Positions 20,536 to 34,060 of a stretch of 40,159 bases of DNA are shown one piece after another. The position numbers and the translations under genes were made by a program. The stretch covers positions 1 through 40,159 of the forward strand of contig JAUCBJ010001751.1 in NCBI GenBank assembly GCA_032718475.1, given 5' to 3'. A model generated the notes under the pieces. The model saw nothing but the letters and a program-made list of their open reading frames with translations, was not told where the DNA came from and searched no databases. Numbering within the stretch: the first letter of the stretch is position 1; each line of letters begins with the position of its first letter. Source of the stretch: Nemertoderma westbladi (Eukaryota; Animalia; Xenacoelomorpha).

Positions 20536-21104
20536 GGGGCCGTTCATAAATGACGTTAATAAGGGGGCGGGGATTTTAAATTTGTGACGAGGGGGGGGGG
20601 GGGGGGGGGGGGTAGACGGTCACAATATATATGAGTGTATACCATGTATACGTGTGCCTTTAGTTTAGCATTCTGTTTACTATCCTCGCAAATATTGTGT
20701 TGGTTAGTAAATACTAATAATATATTAAATATCAATTAATAATTGAGGGTTGGGGTGTTATGTTAATGGAATATTAATTAATATGAAATTATAAATTAAA
20801 ATAAATAATTATGAAATTGTCCAGAGGTTAATGTAGTGGCACCCTCCGAATCGCATGGCTCTCATCATCAACTCTAGACTTTTAGATAACTAGTTGTATC
20901 TCAAGGATCAACCCATATAACTTTATCCCATTTCATTACCCTCGAAGTTAAAGCAAAGTAGTCCAAGCCTCAGACTCGAGCAAAACTAAGTAATTAATAA
21001 AAAAGTTATTAATTTAATTCATTATTTTCGTGACGCGGGCTTGATGTTGCACGGGGTTGTCAAATTTCGCCGGAAAAGACGTGACGTCATTTATGAACGG
21101 GCTC
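20536..21104. mobile_element. Older PIF/Harbinger-type MITE just downstream of the BRPF1 stop
   Basis: TIRs GGGGCCGTTCATAAATGACGT / ACGTCATTTATGAACGGGCTC (2 mismatches in 21), similar to the 204-665 TIRs. TSD not preserved. Confidence 0.7.
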
Positions 21105-22203
21105 GTATTCGTTTCTTCGTCCGAGTAATTATGTTAAAGACAACTTCCTTTAATTGCAGTGAAGACAATCCAATCTATATTAAATGCAATCAATTATTTT
21201 TGGAAACCTGATATTTTTGTAATTGTGTGGCTGGAAATTAACGATATCTTATAAGGAAAATAATAATCCCATTTTTTATTGTAATCCGACATGAAACACA
21301 ACACGTTCGTCCTTTAAAAAAACTTACCAGTCAAACAAAGCAATATTCCGACTAAAAACAATGGCCAGATATTGCAAATGTAGTTTATAGTAAGTCGAGT
21401 CCATAGAGTAAGTTAAAATGGACTTACTGTACTCTTTAATTTGGATGTGTTAAATAAAATGGTGAAATTTTTTAATTGAATATTATATAATATTTCTATT
21501 TAATTAGTTTGTGAAGCAATTTATAATGTTACAGTTCTCGCCTCTACTGTAATCCTACATTTGCTCGTATTTTAAAACTTCTAACACTTTATTGTTATAT
21601 TGTGCTAAATTATGAGTCGTAGTTTATAAAAAAAATAACTAAAAAAGTTCGCCGAGGAAGTAATATAAGTATATATATAAGTATATAGTATAGTATAGTA
21701 TATATATTATATAGTGTAAGTGCTACAGCGCTACTAGCAATGTAATACAATTAATTAATTGTATATTAGGGCCTACCTTTTTCTCGCTCTTTATGAACCC
21801 CTGTCCGGTCCGTGTGGTATATTTAATTTGATTAGGAATATTTTACTTGGGAAAAAGTTGAACTTTTCTTCACTATTATCGAGGTATTATGTTTACAGCG
21901 AGGAGGTTAATAAAGGATCGAGAGAATATTGAACAAATGCAAATATAATTAATATAATTACAAATACTATAATAATAACAATAATAATAACAAATAATAA
22001 ATAATAACAAATATAATTTAATCTTTTCGAATATTTACCACACACATAAACCAATATTTGTTATTTTGTATTGTTTTGGAGTATGCCTTGGTAAAGATCA
22101 ACACTAAAGTTGTAATAACTAGCATGAATGCAATTTTGAAATTTCACCAAAAATATTTTCTATAAAAGGGAAAGGGCCTATTATATTTGGTATAAATTAT
22201 TAA

Positions 22204-22216
22204 ATTTTTGTTGCAG
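22204..22216 (+). other. Splice acceptor 8 nt upstream of the ZNF143-like ATG
   Basis: ATTTTTGTTGCAG|ATTCCGGTATG after an AT-rich intron-like stretch. Confidence 0.6.
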
Positions 22217-22224
22217 ATTCCGGT

Positions 22225-24024
22225 ATGGATGAGGTCAACAATCGAATAGTTGCTCATCTAATGACATTGGAAGACGGATCCCTGGCCCTCATACCTACAG
22301 ACACAACAGGTCGCTCTCTCACTGATTGTGTTTATCAACAAATGCTCATCGACAACCTCCCAGAGGACAAAACAAAATCCACAATATATCCCGATCGCAT
22401 AGAAAATGCACGGGACGAGGAAGTTATAGACACAGATCAGTTTATGCTCCCCGTAACCCACAGTGCCTTCCCTATCTCAATGCCTGCCTCCTCAGAAACG
22501 CAACCAAGCAGTTCGAGTAATATGTTTCAACAACTGTCCACCGCAGCCATGGAACTTCCAAAACCCGAAAAAGACAGTTTGGAAAATGAATTAATTCCAT
22601 TCTTCTCTACTAGCAATATTTTGTCTGATCTGCATCCGACAGTCCAAACCGAGAGTGTATCTTTATCCAATGCCGTCACTCAAAGCGATGTCATTGGGTA
22701 TTCGTCGTTATCCTTATCACACGGACTTACTCAATCGAACTATGTTTCTCAAGAAACTCGGTCTATGGGGAGTTTAGATACGCTGGATATTAATTCCGAA
22801 GCGATTCTGCCAACCATACTACCGGAAGTAACCGAAAGCTCCTCACTTCCGCATCGCATTCCCTCGCTGAACGAGACACCAGAATGGACGACCCTGGTCC
22901 CCAAAATTAGACAAAACCTTGTCCCCGTCCGTCGCAGGAAGCCAGTGGCTGGGGGCGGCGTGCGCGTCGATAAACCCCCCCAATTCCAGTGCCCCGTGGA
23001 GGGCTGCAATAAAATGTTCACCACCGCCCACCACGTCAAGTGCCACATCAAGATCCACACGGGGGAACAGGCATACTTCTGCCCCTTCGATGCATGTGAT
23101 AAAAGGTTTACGACTAATTACAGTTTAAAATCACACGTCCGGACTCACACCCAAGAGAAACCTTATCCCTGCCCCGAAGAGTCTTGTACTAAAGCGTTTA
23201 AAACCTCGACAGACCTGCAGAAACACGTTCGAACGCACACCGGCGAAAGGCCGTTTAAATGCCCGTTTGAAGTATGCGAACGATCCTTCACCACTTCCGA
23301 TATTCTCAAGGTTCACATACGTCTGCACACTGGGGAGACGCCGTTTGTCTGCGATTTCAGCGGCTGTGGTCGTGGGTTTAAGTCGGCGAGTAACTTTAAG
23401 AACCACCGTCGTATCCATACCGGTGAGAAACCATTCCAATGTAACCACAAGGATTGCGGTAAGAGATTCACCGAGTACTCCAGTCTCTACAAGCACCGCG
23501 TTACTCACTCGCCTAATAGACCCTATCAGTGTCCGGATTGCCATAAATCATATCGACAAAACTCATCTAGACAATACCACAGACGCCGGTCGCACCCACA
23601 AGATGTCGGTGAGTGTGGTAATCCAAGTAGTGACTTTGGCGATTCTTTAGTGTCGGATGATGGAGTTACCTCTCTTCCATTATTTTCGCCTCTCAACTAC
23701 GAGATCTTCACTATAGAGCCGAATTCGCAAGACGAGCAACGTTTGTTCGGCGAAGGTTGTTCAACTCAGGCGGCTCAATTATTAATAGGCAAATCCATTT
23801 CCTCCAATCAGGAAACTCATTCGATGGTGATAGGCAAAACTAAATTTCCCAATCTCGAGCCTCAATATATGCTAACGGTTACTTCTTCATCCAATCAAGA
23901 GCCTCAATATATGCTAACGGTTACTTCTTCATCCAATCAAGAGCCTCAATGTATGCTAACAGTTACTTCTTCATCCAATCAAGAGCCTCAATGTATGCTA
24001 ACAGTTACTTCTTCATCCAATTAA
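22225..24024 (+). CDS. ZNF143: ZNF143/ZNF76 (Staf) family transcription factor, seven C2H2 fingers
   Basis: Finger helices [36 protein letters not shown] and [11 protein letters not shown] match ZNF143/76 in order. One Staf-type LEDGS repeat at the N-terminus. The true start may lie on an upstream exon. Confidence 0.88.
   Translation: MDEVNNRIVAHLMTLEDGSLALIPTDTTGRSLTDCVYQQMLIDNLPEDKTKSTIYPDRIENARDEEVIDTDQFMLPVTHSAFPISMPASSETQPSSSSNMFQQLSTAAMELPKPEKDSLENELIPFFSTSNILSDLHPTVQTESVSLSNAVTQSDVIGYSSLSLSHGLTQSNYVSQETRSMGSLDTLDINSEAILPTILPEVTESSSLPHRIPSLNETPEWTTLVPKIRQNLVPVRRRKPVAGGGVRVDKPPQFQCPVEGCNKMFTTAHHVKCHIKIHTGEQAYFCPFDACDKRFTTNYSLKSHVRTHTQEKPYPCPEESCTKAFKTSTDLQKHVRTHTGERPFKCPFEVCERSFTTSDILKVHIRLHTGETPFVCDFSGCGRGFKSASNFKNHRRIHTGEKPFQCNHKDCGKRFTEYSSLYKHRVTHSPNRPYQCPDCHKSYRQNSSRQYHRRRSHPQDVGECGNPSSDFGDSLVSDDGVTSLPLFSPLNYEIFTIEPNSQDEQRLFGEGCSTQAAQLLIGKSISSNQETHSMVIGKTKFPNLEPQYMLTVTSSSNQEPQYMLTVTSSSNQEPQCMLTVTSSSNQEPQCMLTVTSSSN
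23851..24021 (+). repeat. In-frame 42-bp coding tandem repeat x4
   Basis: N(L/Q)EPQ(Y/C)MLTVTSSS units start at 23851, 23893, 23935 and 23977. Confidence 0.95.
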
Positions 24025-24084
24025 AAGGCCCAAGCATTGTTTGTAGAAGCTAACACTTAATAACTATTAAAATACTAAGAATTT

Positions 24085-24090
24085 AATAAA
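24085..24090 (+). terminator. Candidate polyadenylation signal of the ZNF143-like gene
   Basis: AATAAA 60 nt after the stop. The AT-rich context lowers specificity. Confidence 0.4.
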
Positions 24091-24448
24091 GTATTGATTC
24101 AAATCGATATGACCAAATCATTATCTATATTTACGTTGGTAATATTTATATTGACCTCATGTTTCATTATATTATTATGTTTCTATTGACAACGAATTTA
24201 TTTTGGTTTATTTTTTATAAAACAAAATCAATCAAAAAATCAAATGTTGATTTTCATTCGGCTTAATAACTTTTGTCAATATCATCCTGGTCTTCTTATT
24301 TAAAGTACATGAAATGGGACCCGCCGCCTAATTTTTCTTCAAATCAATTGCATGACATTTTAAACAACACGTTTGACCTCTCACTCGTAGTCGGAATTTT
24401 TATTTTCGCTTTCAGTCTTTAGCTAAAACCGTTTCACAAAATATTCTC

Positions 24449-27400
24449 TATCGATATTGCACCAGTTACACCGTCTGCTACCTTACCGATATTGCACCAG
24501 TTACACCGCTGCTACCTTACCGATATTGCACCAGTTACACCGCTGCTACCTTACCGATATTGCATCAGTTACACCGCTGCTACCTTATCGATATTGCACC
24601 AGAAACACCGCTGCTACCCTACCGATATTGCACCAGTGAGACCGCTGCTACCTTATCGATATTGCACCAGTTACACCGTCTGCTACCCTACCGATATTGC
24701 ACCAGTTACACCGTCTGCTACCTTACCGATATTGCACCAGTTACACCGCTGCTACCTTACCGATATTGCACCAGTTACACCGCTGCTACCTTATCGATAT
24801 TGCACCAGTTACACCGCTGCTACCTTATCGATATTGCACCAGTTACACCGCTGCTACCCTACCGATATTGCACCAGTTACACCGCTGCTACCTTATCGAT
24901 ATTGCACCAGTTACACCGTCTGCTACCTTACCGATATTGCACCAGTTACACCGTCTGCTACCGTACCGATATTGCACCAGTTACACCGCTGCTACCTTAC
25001 CGATATTGCACCAGTTACACCGTCTGCTACCTCACCGATATTGCACCAGTTACAACGTCTGCTACCTCATCGATATTGTACCAGTTACACCGCTGCTATC
25101 TTATCGATATTGCACCAGTTACACCGCTACTACCTTACCGATATTGCACCAGTTACACCGCTGCTACCTTATCGATATTGCACCAGTTACACCGTCCGCT
25201 ACCTTATCGATATTGCACCAGTTACACCGTCTGCTACCTTACCGATATTGCACCAGTTACACCGTCTGCTACCTTATCGATATTGCACCAGTTACACCGT
25301 CTGCTACCCTACCGATATTGCACCAGTTACACCGTCTCCTACCCTACCGATATTGCACCAGTTACACCGTCTCCTACCTTACCGATATTGCACCAGTTTC
25401 ACCGTCTGCTACCTTATCGATATTGCACCAGTTACACCGTCTGCTACCTTACCGATATTGCACCAGTTACACCGCTGCTACCTCACCGATATTGCACCAG
25501 TTACACCGTCTCCTACCCTACCGATATTGCACCAGTTACACCGTCTCCTACCTTACCGATATTGCACCAGTTTCACCGTCTGCTACCTTATCGATATTGC
25601 ACCAGTTACACCGTCTCCTACCTTACCGATATTGCACCAGTTACACCGCTGCTACCTTACCGATATTGCACCAGTTACACCGTCTGCTACCTTACCGATA
25701 TTGCACCAGTTACACCGCTGCTACCTCACCGATATTGCACCAGTTACAACGTCTGCTACCTCATCGATATTGTACCAGTTACACCGCTGCTATCTTATCG
25801 ATATTGCACCAGTTACACCGCTGCTACCTTACCGATATTGCACCAGTTACACCGCTGCTACCTTATCGATATTGCACCAGTTACACCGTCCGCTACCTTA
25901 TCGATATTGCACCAGTTACACCGTCTGCTACCTTACCGATATTGCACCAGTTACACCGTCTGCTACCTTATCGATATTGCACCAGTTACACCGTCTGCTA
26001 CCCTACCGATATTGCACCAGTTACACCGTCTCCTACCTTACCGATATTGCACCAGTTACACCGTCCGCTACCTTATCGATATTGCACCAGTTACACCGTC
26101 TGCTACCTTATCGATATTGCACCAGTTACACCGTCCGCTACCTTATCGATATTGCACCAGTTACACCGTCTGCTACCTTATCGATATTGCACCAGTTACA
26201 CCGTCCGCTACCTTATCGATATTGCACCAGTTACACCGTCTGCTACCTTACCGATATTGCACCAGTTACACCGTCTGCTACCTTACCGATATTGCACCAG
26301 TTACACCGTCTGCTACCTTATCGATATTGCACCAGTTACACCGTCTGCTACCTTACCGATATTGCACCAGTTACACCGTCCGCTACCTTATCGATATTGC
26401 ACCAGTTACACCGTCTGCTACCTTATCGATATTGCACCAGTTACACCGCTGCTACCTTATCGATATTGCACCAGTTACACCGTCTGCTACCTTATCGATA
26501 TTGCACCAGTTACACCGTCTGCTACCTTACCGATATTGCACCAGTTACACCGTCTGCTACCTTACCGATATTGCACCAGTTACACCGTCTGCTACCTTAC
26601 CGATATTGCACCAGTTACACCGTCTGCTACCTTACCGATATTGCACCAGTTACACCGCTGCTACCTTACCGATATTGCACCAGTTACACCGCTGTTACCT
26701 TACCGATATTGCACCAGTTACACCGCTGTTACCTTACCGATATTGCACCAGTTACACCGCTGCTGCCTCATCGATATTGCACCAGTTACACCGCTGCTAC
26801 CTTACCGATATTTCACCAGTTACACCGCTGCTACCTTACCGATATTGCACCAGTTACACCGTCTGCTACCTTATCGATATTGCACCAGTTACACCGTCTG
26901 CTACCTCATCGATATTTCACCAGTTACACCGCTGCTACCTTATCGATATTGCACCAGTTACACCTCTGTTACCTTACCGATATTGCACCAGTTACACCGC
27001 TGCTACCTCATCGATATTGCACCAGTTACACCGCTGCTACCTTACCGATAATGCACCAGTTACACCGTCTGCTACCTTACCGATATTGCACCAGTTACAC
27101 CGTCTGCTACCTCATCTATATTGCACCAGTTACACCGCTGCTACCTTATCGATATTGCACCAGTTTCACCGCTGCTACCTTACCGATATTGCACCAGTTA
27201 CACCGTCTGCTACCTCATCGATATTGCACCAGTTACACCGCTGCTACCTTACCTATTGCACCAGTTACACCGTCTGCTACCTTATCGATATTGCACCAGT
27301 TACACCGCTGTTACCTTACCGATATTGCACCAGTTACACCGCTGCTACCTCATCGATATTGCACCAGTTACACCGCTGCTACCTTACCGATATTGCACCA

Positions 27401-30400
27401 GTTACACCGTCTGCTACCTTACCGATATTGCACCAGTTACACCGTCTGCTACCTTATCGATATTGCACCAGTTACACCGCTGCTACCTTATCGATATTGC
27501 ACCAGTTACACCGTCTGCTACCTTACCGATATTGCACCAGTTACACCGTCTGCTACCTTACCGATATTGCACCAGTTACACCGTCTGCTACCTTACCGAT
27601 ATTGCACCAGTTACACCGCTGCTACCTTACCGATATTGCACCAGTTACACCGTCTGCTACCTTACCGATATTGCACCAGTTACACTGTCTGCTTCCTTAT
27701 CGATATTGCACCAGTTACACCGTCTGCTACCTCATCGATATTGCACCAGTTACACCGCTGTTACCTTACCGATATTGCACCAGTTACACCGCTGCTACCT
27801 CATCGATATTGCACCAGTTACACCGCTGCTACCTTATCGATATTTCACCAGTTACACTGCTGCTACCTTACCGATATTGCACCAGTTACACTGTCTGCTT
27901 CCTTATCGATATTGCACCAGTTACACCGTCTGCTACCTCATCGATATTGCACCAGTTACACCGCTGCTACCTTACCGATATTGCACCAGTTACACCGTCT
28001 GCTACCTCTTCGATATTGCACCAGTTACACCGTTTGCTACCTTACCGATATTGCACCAGTTACACCGCTGCTACCTTACCGATATTGCACCAGTTACACC
28101 GCTGCTACCTTACCGATATTGCACCAGTTACACCGCTGCTACCTTATCGATATTGCACCAGTTACACCGTCTGCTACCTTATCGATATTGCACCAGTTAC
28201 ACCGCTGCTACCTTATCGATATTTCACCAGTTACACCGCTGTTACCTTACCGATATTGCACCAGTTACACCGCTGCTACCTTACCGATATTGCACCAGTT
28301 ACACCGCTGCTACCTCACCGATATTGCACCAGTTACACCGTCTGCTACCTCTTCGATATTGCACCAGTTACACCGTTTGCACCTTACCGATATTGCACCA
28401 GTTACACCGCTGCTACCTTACCGATATTGCACCAGTTACACCGCTGCTACCTTACCGATATTGCACCAGTTACACCGTCTGCTACCTTACCGATATTGCA
28501 CCAGTTACACCGCTGCTACCTTATCGATATTGCACCAGTTACACCGTCTGCTACCTTATCGATATTGCACCAGTTACACCGTCTGCTACCTTACCGATAT
28601 TGCACCAGTTACACCGTCTGCTACCTTACCGATATTGCACCAGTTACACCGTCTGCTACCTTACCGATATTGCACCAGTTACACCGTCTGCTACCTTACC
28701 GATATTGCACCAGTTACACCGCTGCTACCTTACCGATATTGCACCAGTTACACCGCTGTTACCTTACCGATATTGCACCAGTTACACCGCTGTTACCTTA
28801 CCGATATTGCACCAGTTACACCGCTGCTACCTCATCGATATTGCACCAGTTACACCGCTGCTACCTTACCGATATTTCACCAGTTACACCGCTGCTACCT
28901 TACCGATATTGCACCAGTTACACCGCTGTTACCTTACCGATATTGCACCAGTTACACCGTCTGCTACCTTATCGATATTTCACCAGTTACACCGCTGTTA
29001 CCTTACCGATATTGCACCAGTTACACCGCTGTTACCTTACCGATATTGCACCAGTTACACCGCTGCTACCTCATCGATATTGCACCAGTTACACCGCTGC
29101 TACCTTATCGATATTTCACCAGTTACACCGCTGTTACCTTACCGATATTGCACCAGTTACACCGCTGTTACCTTACCGATATTTCACCAGTTACACCGTC
29201 TGTTACCTTACCGATATTGCACCAGTTACACCGTCTGCTACCTCATCGATATTGCACCAGTTACACCGCTGCTACCTTATCGATATTGCACCAGTTACAC
29301 CGCTGCTACCTTACCGATATTGCACCAGTTACACCGCTGCTACCTTATCGATATTTCACCAGTTACACCGCTGCTACCTTATCGATATTGCACCAGTTAC
29401 ACCGCTGTTACCTTACCGATATTGCACCAGTTACACCGCTGCTACCTCATCGATATTGCACCAGTTACACCGCTGCTACCTTACCGATATTTCACCAGTT
29501 ACACCGCTGCTACCTTATCGATATTGCACCAGTTACACCGCTGCTACCTTATCGATATTTCACCAGTTACACCGCTGCTACCTTACCGATATTGCACCAG
29601 TTACACCGCTGTTACCTTACCGATATTTCACCAGTTACACCGCTGTTACCTTACCGATATTGCACCAGTTACACCGTCTGCTACCTTATCGATATTGCAC
29701 CAGTTACACCGCTGCTACCTTATCGATATTGCACCAGTTACACCGCTGCTACCTTACCGATATTGCACCAGTTACACCGCTGCTACCTTATCGATATTGC
29801 ACCAGTTACACCGCTGTTACCTTACCGATATTGCACCAGTTACACCGCTGCTACCTCATCGATATTGCACCAGTTACACCGCTGCTACCTTACCGATATT
29901 TCACCAGTTACACCGCTGCTACCTTATCGATATTACACCAGTTACACCGTCTGCTACCTCATCGATATTTCACCAGTTACACCGCTGCTACCTTACCGAT
30001 ATTGCACCAGTTACACCGTCTCCTACCTTACCGATATTGCACCAGTTACACCGCTGCTACCTTACCGATATTGCACCAGTTACACCGTCTGCTACCTCTT
30101 CGATATTGCACCAGTTACACCGTTTGCTACCTTACCGATATGGCACCAGTTACACCGTCTCCTACCTTACCGATATTGCACCAGTTACACCGTCTGCTAC
30201 CTTACCGATATTGCACCAGTTACACCGCTGCTACCTTATCGATATTGCACCAGTTACACCGTCTACTACCTTACCGATATTGCACCAGTTACACCGTCTG
30301 CTACCTTACCGATATTGCACCAGTTACACCGCTGCTACCTTATCGATATTGCACCAGTTACACCGTCTGCTACCTTACCGATATTGCACCAGTTACACCG

Positions 30401-31954
30401 TCTCCTACCTTACCGATATTGCACCAGTTACACCGTCTGCTACCTCATCGATATTGCACCAGTTACACCGCTGCTACCTTACCGATATTGCACCAGTTAC
30501 ACCGTCTGCTACCTCTTCGATATTGCACCAGTTACACCGTTTGCACCTTACCGATATTGCACCAGTTACACCGTCTGCTACCTTACCGATATTGCACCAG
30601 TTACACCGCTGCTACCTTACCGATATTGCACCAGTTACACCGTCTGCTACCTCTTCGATATTGCACCAGTTACACCGTCTGCTACCTTACCGATATTGCA
30701 CCAGTTACACCGCTGCTACCTTATCGATATTGCACCAGTTACACCGTCTGCCACCTTACCGATATTGCACCAGTTACACCGTCTGCTACCTTACCGATAT
30801 TGCACCAGTTACACCGCTGCTACCTTATCGATATTGCACCAGTTACACCGTCTGCTACCTTACCGATATTGCACCAGTTACACCGTCTCCTACCTTACCG
30901 ATATTGCACCAGTTACACCGTCTGCTACCTCATCGATATTGCACCAGTTACACCGCTGCTACCTTACCGATATTGCACCAGTTACACCGTCTGCTACCTC
31001 TTCGATATTGCACCAGTTACACCGTTTGCACCTTACCGATATTGCACCAGTTACACCGTCTGCTACCTTACCGATATTGCACCAGTTACACCGCTGCTAC
31101 CTTACCGATATTGCACCAGTTACACCGTCTGCTACCTTATCGATATTGCACCAGTTACACCGCTGCTACCTTACCGATATTGCACCAGTTACACCGTCTG
31201 CTACCTTACCGATATTGCACCAGTTACACCGTCTGCTACCTCTTCGATATTGCACCAGTTACACCGTTTGCTACCTTACCGATATTGCACCAGTTACACC
31301 GTCTCCTACCTTACCGATATTGCACCAGTTACACCGTCTGCTACCTTACCGATATTGCACCAGTTACACCGTCTGCTACCTTATCGATATTGCACCAGTT
31401 ACACCGTCTGCTACCTCTTCGATATTGCACCAGTTACACCGTTTGCTACCTTACCGATATTGCACCAGTTACACCGTCTGCTACCTTACCGATATTGCAC
31501 CAGTTACACCGCTGCTACCTTATCGATATTGCACCAGTTACACCGTCTGCTACCTTACCGATATTGCACCAGTTACACCATCTGCTACCTTACCGATATT
31601 GCACCAGTTACACCGCTGCTACCTTATCGATATTGCACCAGTTACACCGTCTGCTACCTTACCGATATTGCACCAGTTACACCGTCTGCTACCTTACCGA
31701 TATTGCACCAGTTACACCGCTGCTACCTTATCGATATTGCACCAGTTACACCGTCTGCTACCTTACCGATGTTGCACCAGTTACACCGTCTCCTACCTTA
31801 CCGATATTGCACCAGTTACACCGTCTGCTACCTCATCGATATTGCACCAGTTACACCGCTGCTACCTTATCGATATTGCACCAGTTACACCGCTGCTACA
31901 GTACCGATATTGCACCAGTTACACCGCTGGCTGCTACCTTACCGATATTGCACC
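24449..31954. repeat. 7.5-kb satellite of interspersed 34- and 35-bp units (~215-220 copies, estimated from length)
   Basis: Consensus CGATATTGCACCAGTTACACCG(T)CTGCTACCTTA(C/T). No stop triplet on the + strand, hence the multi-kb ORFs in all three frames. Confidence 0.97.
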
Positions 31955-32251
31955 GGGAGTATAAAGTAAGGGAGTCGAATAAAGGTAATTAATTAATCAC
32001 ATGTAAAATAGATGCAATAAAAATTCATTCCTCTCCTGGGGAAATTCGACGCAAATAACAGCTGATTACTCTCAAAAATAAAACTGTAACCTGTTCTATT
32101 GTGTTTAGTTTATTGGTTTGGTTAAAATAACGTGCCACTGTAACCTGCTCCTTTCCTAAATTGTGAATTTAACATTGAGGCGGGATATTAATTCGCCAGG
32201 CGGGTTTAAAGGCGGGTTTTGCGTCCAGCCCCCCCCCCCCCCCCCCCGTCT

Positions 32252-32441
32252 CAACTTTTGAGGACATCACGCCATTGTATTGGCCTGTACATTTAGTATT
32301 GTATTGGTGTTGTAATGTCCCTTGTTTATGTGGTAACCAATGACGGCGAGCTGTAAAGTTACGGCGTCATTGGTTACTACGTAAACAATAGATGGTATCT
32401 ATCATTATAATTGCCTGACAGCCAGATAGGCCTACTGCATT
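32252..32441 (+). repeat. Dispersed repeat; diverged inverted copy at 39526-39709
   Basis: Shared blocks CCTGTACATTTAGTA, TAATGTCCC, CATTGGTTAC.ACGTAAACAATAG and GCCAGATAGGCCTACT. Internal hairpin at about 32323-32388. Confidence 0.75.
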
Positions 32442-32530
32442 ACCTAGCCTTAGACGGGGTATAGCTATTAATAACCAGTAGCTATAAACTATTAACATAG
32501 CTCCAAACGACACCATAAATATAAGCTAAC

Positions 32531-33100
32531 TTATTTTTTTATTTTTTTCTATACACCTCCGGTCGAGGTAAATCTATATGAATAATAATTATGAGTTAAC
32601 AATTAACATTAACAACATATATGTACAGTATATAAATAGCACAAAAAGAATTAGAATAGGAGCGCGCTAGGAGGGTATCGACTACTAATTAATATGGTGA
32701 GAGGTTTAACTAGATGCAAGCTGCGACAATTTTGGAGCCATCGGACATTCTAGACAGTGAAACCGATAAGAGCAGGGTTGATAACAGAATCGACAGATAC
32801 AGGTCGAGTCTAGATCATGAAAGGGCTGCGTGTTAACACACAGTTTGTGATGGAATCCATGTGCTGTTGCCCTGGTTACTACATGACGGTTATTCTGTTT
32901 GGCTAATTTCCAAGATAGAGATTCGAACGCTGGACCGTTACAATATTTCTGCAATTCAAAGTTCAGTTCACACAGTCGTCTGAATTCTTTGTATTGTTCT
33001 AGAATTTCGATGTTAAAAGAGTTTGGGAATTTTTCGATTATATCTTCAATGAAATCTTTTCATTAACCAAGTCATGGACTTTAGAATGTTATTTATACCA
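32531..33100 (-). pseudogene. 5'-truncated LINE 3' end (Cys/His-rich ORF2 C-terminus + 3' UTR)
   Basis: Frame open 33059-32706: KDFIEDII...SWKLAKQNNRHVVTRATAHGFHHKLC...FH...CICRFC...FHCLEC...*. Followed by an AT-rich UTR, a small hairpin and an A-rich end. Confidence 0.65.
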
Positions 33101-33671
33101 GGACTGGAAACTAGGTAGCTATAGCCAAAATAAAAATACCACTTGAGGCCTACTTGTTAATTATTACTGCCAATTGTGAACAATAATTGTGAACATGATA
33201 TAGACGTTTATTTAGTGATTATTATATCAATTATTTTTGTTTGATCTTTTATACATTCCATATAAATGAACAACATGACATGTATTGATGAAGTAAATTA
33301 GTAGACAAAAAAAGCAACAATAATATCCGAATTCAATAATAATTAGCTATTTATTTTATTTCCCCACATAGTGCAGCTACATAATAATATGAGTGTGTGT
33401 ATGCGACATGACATTTATAGTTCAGTTCAGTATTTACGATATACTGTACAGTGGGTACTGTTTCGATAGGCGTAACTATACCTACTGTACCATGCCAAAA
33501 TTTTTATATTAGCTAGTTTTTGCTACTTGTTTAAAATTTTCTAGAATATGTTAGCTATTTAACTAAAAAAAACTTTGTTCTAGAACAATTATTTTTTGTT
33601 CTAGAACATTTCTATAAAAAAATAGCTATTTTTCAAAATTCTAAATATCATTTTTTGGCTAGAGTTCCGTT

Positions 33672-34060
33672 TTGGTAGATAAGTTTTTTAATAAATAAAT
33701 AATATAAATAAATAAATTTTTTTGTATTACTAGCTATTTTAAATTTTAAAAATAACTAGCTATATATTCTAGAACATTATATTATTTGTATTATTTATGC
33801 TCTAGAATATTGTATAAAACATATAATATTACAAATAAAATAAAAACTAATAATATTCTAAAACATATAGCTGGTTTTTTTTTAATTTTAAAATAGCTAG
33901 TAAATTTAACAAATAATACAATTTGGTACCGGTAGATAAATTTTTTAATAATAATATAAATAAACAAATTTTTTTTATTACTAGCTATTTTAAATTTAAA
34001 AAATAACTAGCTATATGTTCTAGAACATTATATTTTTTATTTTATTTATGCTCTAGAATA
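33672..34060. repeat. AT-rich ~135-bp direct duplication with partial inverted copy between
   Basis: GGTAGATAA...TTACTAGCTATTTTAAAT...TTCTAGAACATTATA...GCTCTAGAATA at about 33674-33809 and 33931-34060. Inverted partial copy near 33855-33903. Confidence 0.75.

Noticed and set aside
22225-24024. MTF-1 assignment
   Set aside because: Seven fingers, their order, the TEYSSLYKH finger and the LEDGS motif fit ZNF143/76 rather than six-finger MTF-1.
24457-31992. Giant ORFs of 784-2490 aa
   Set aside because: They are translations of a 34/35-bp satellite lacking stop triplets. All three frames give the same peptides, the starts are TTG, and unit lengths are not multiples of three.
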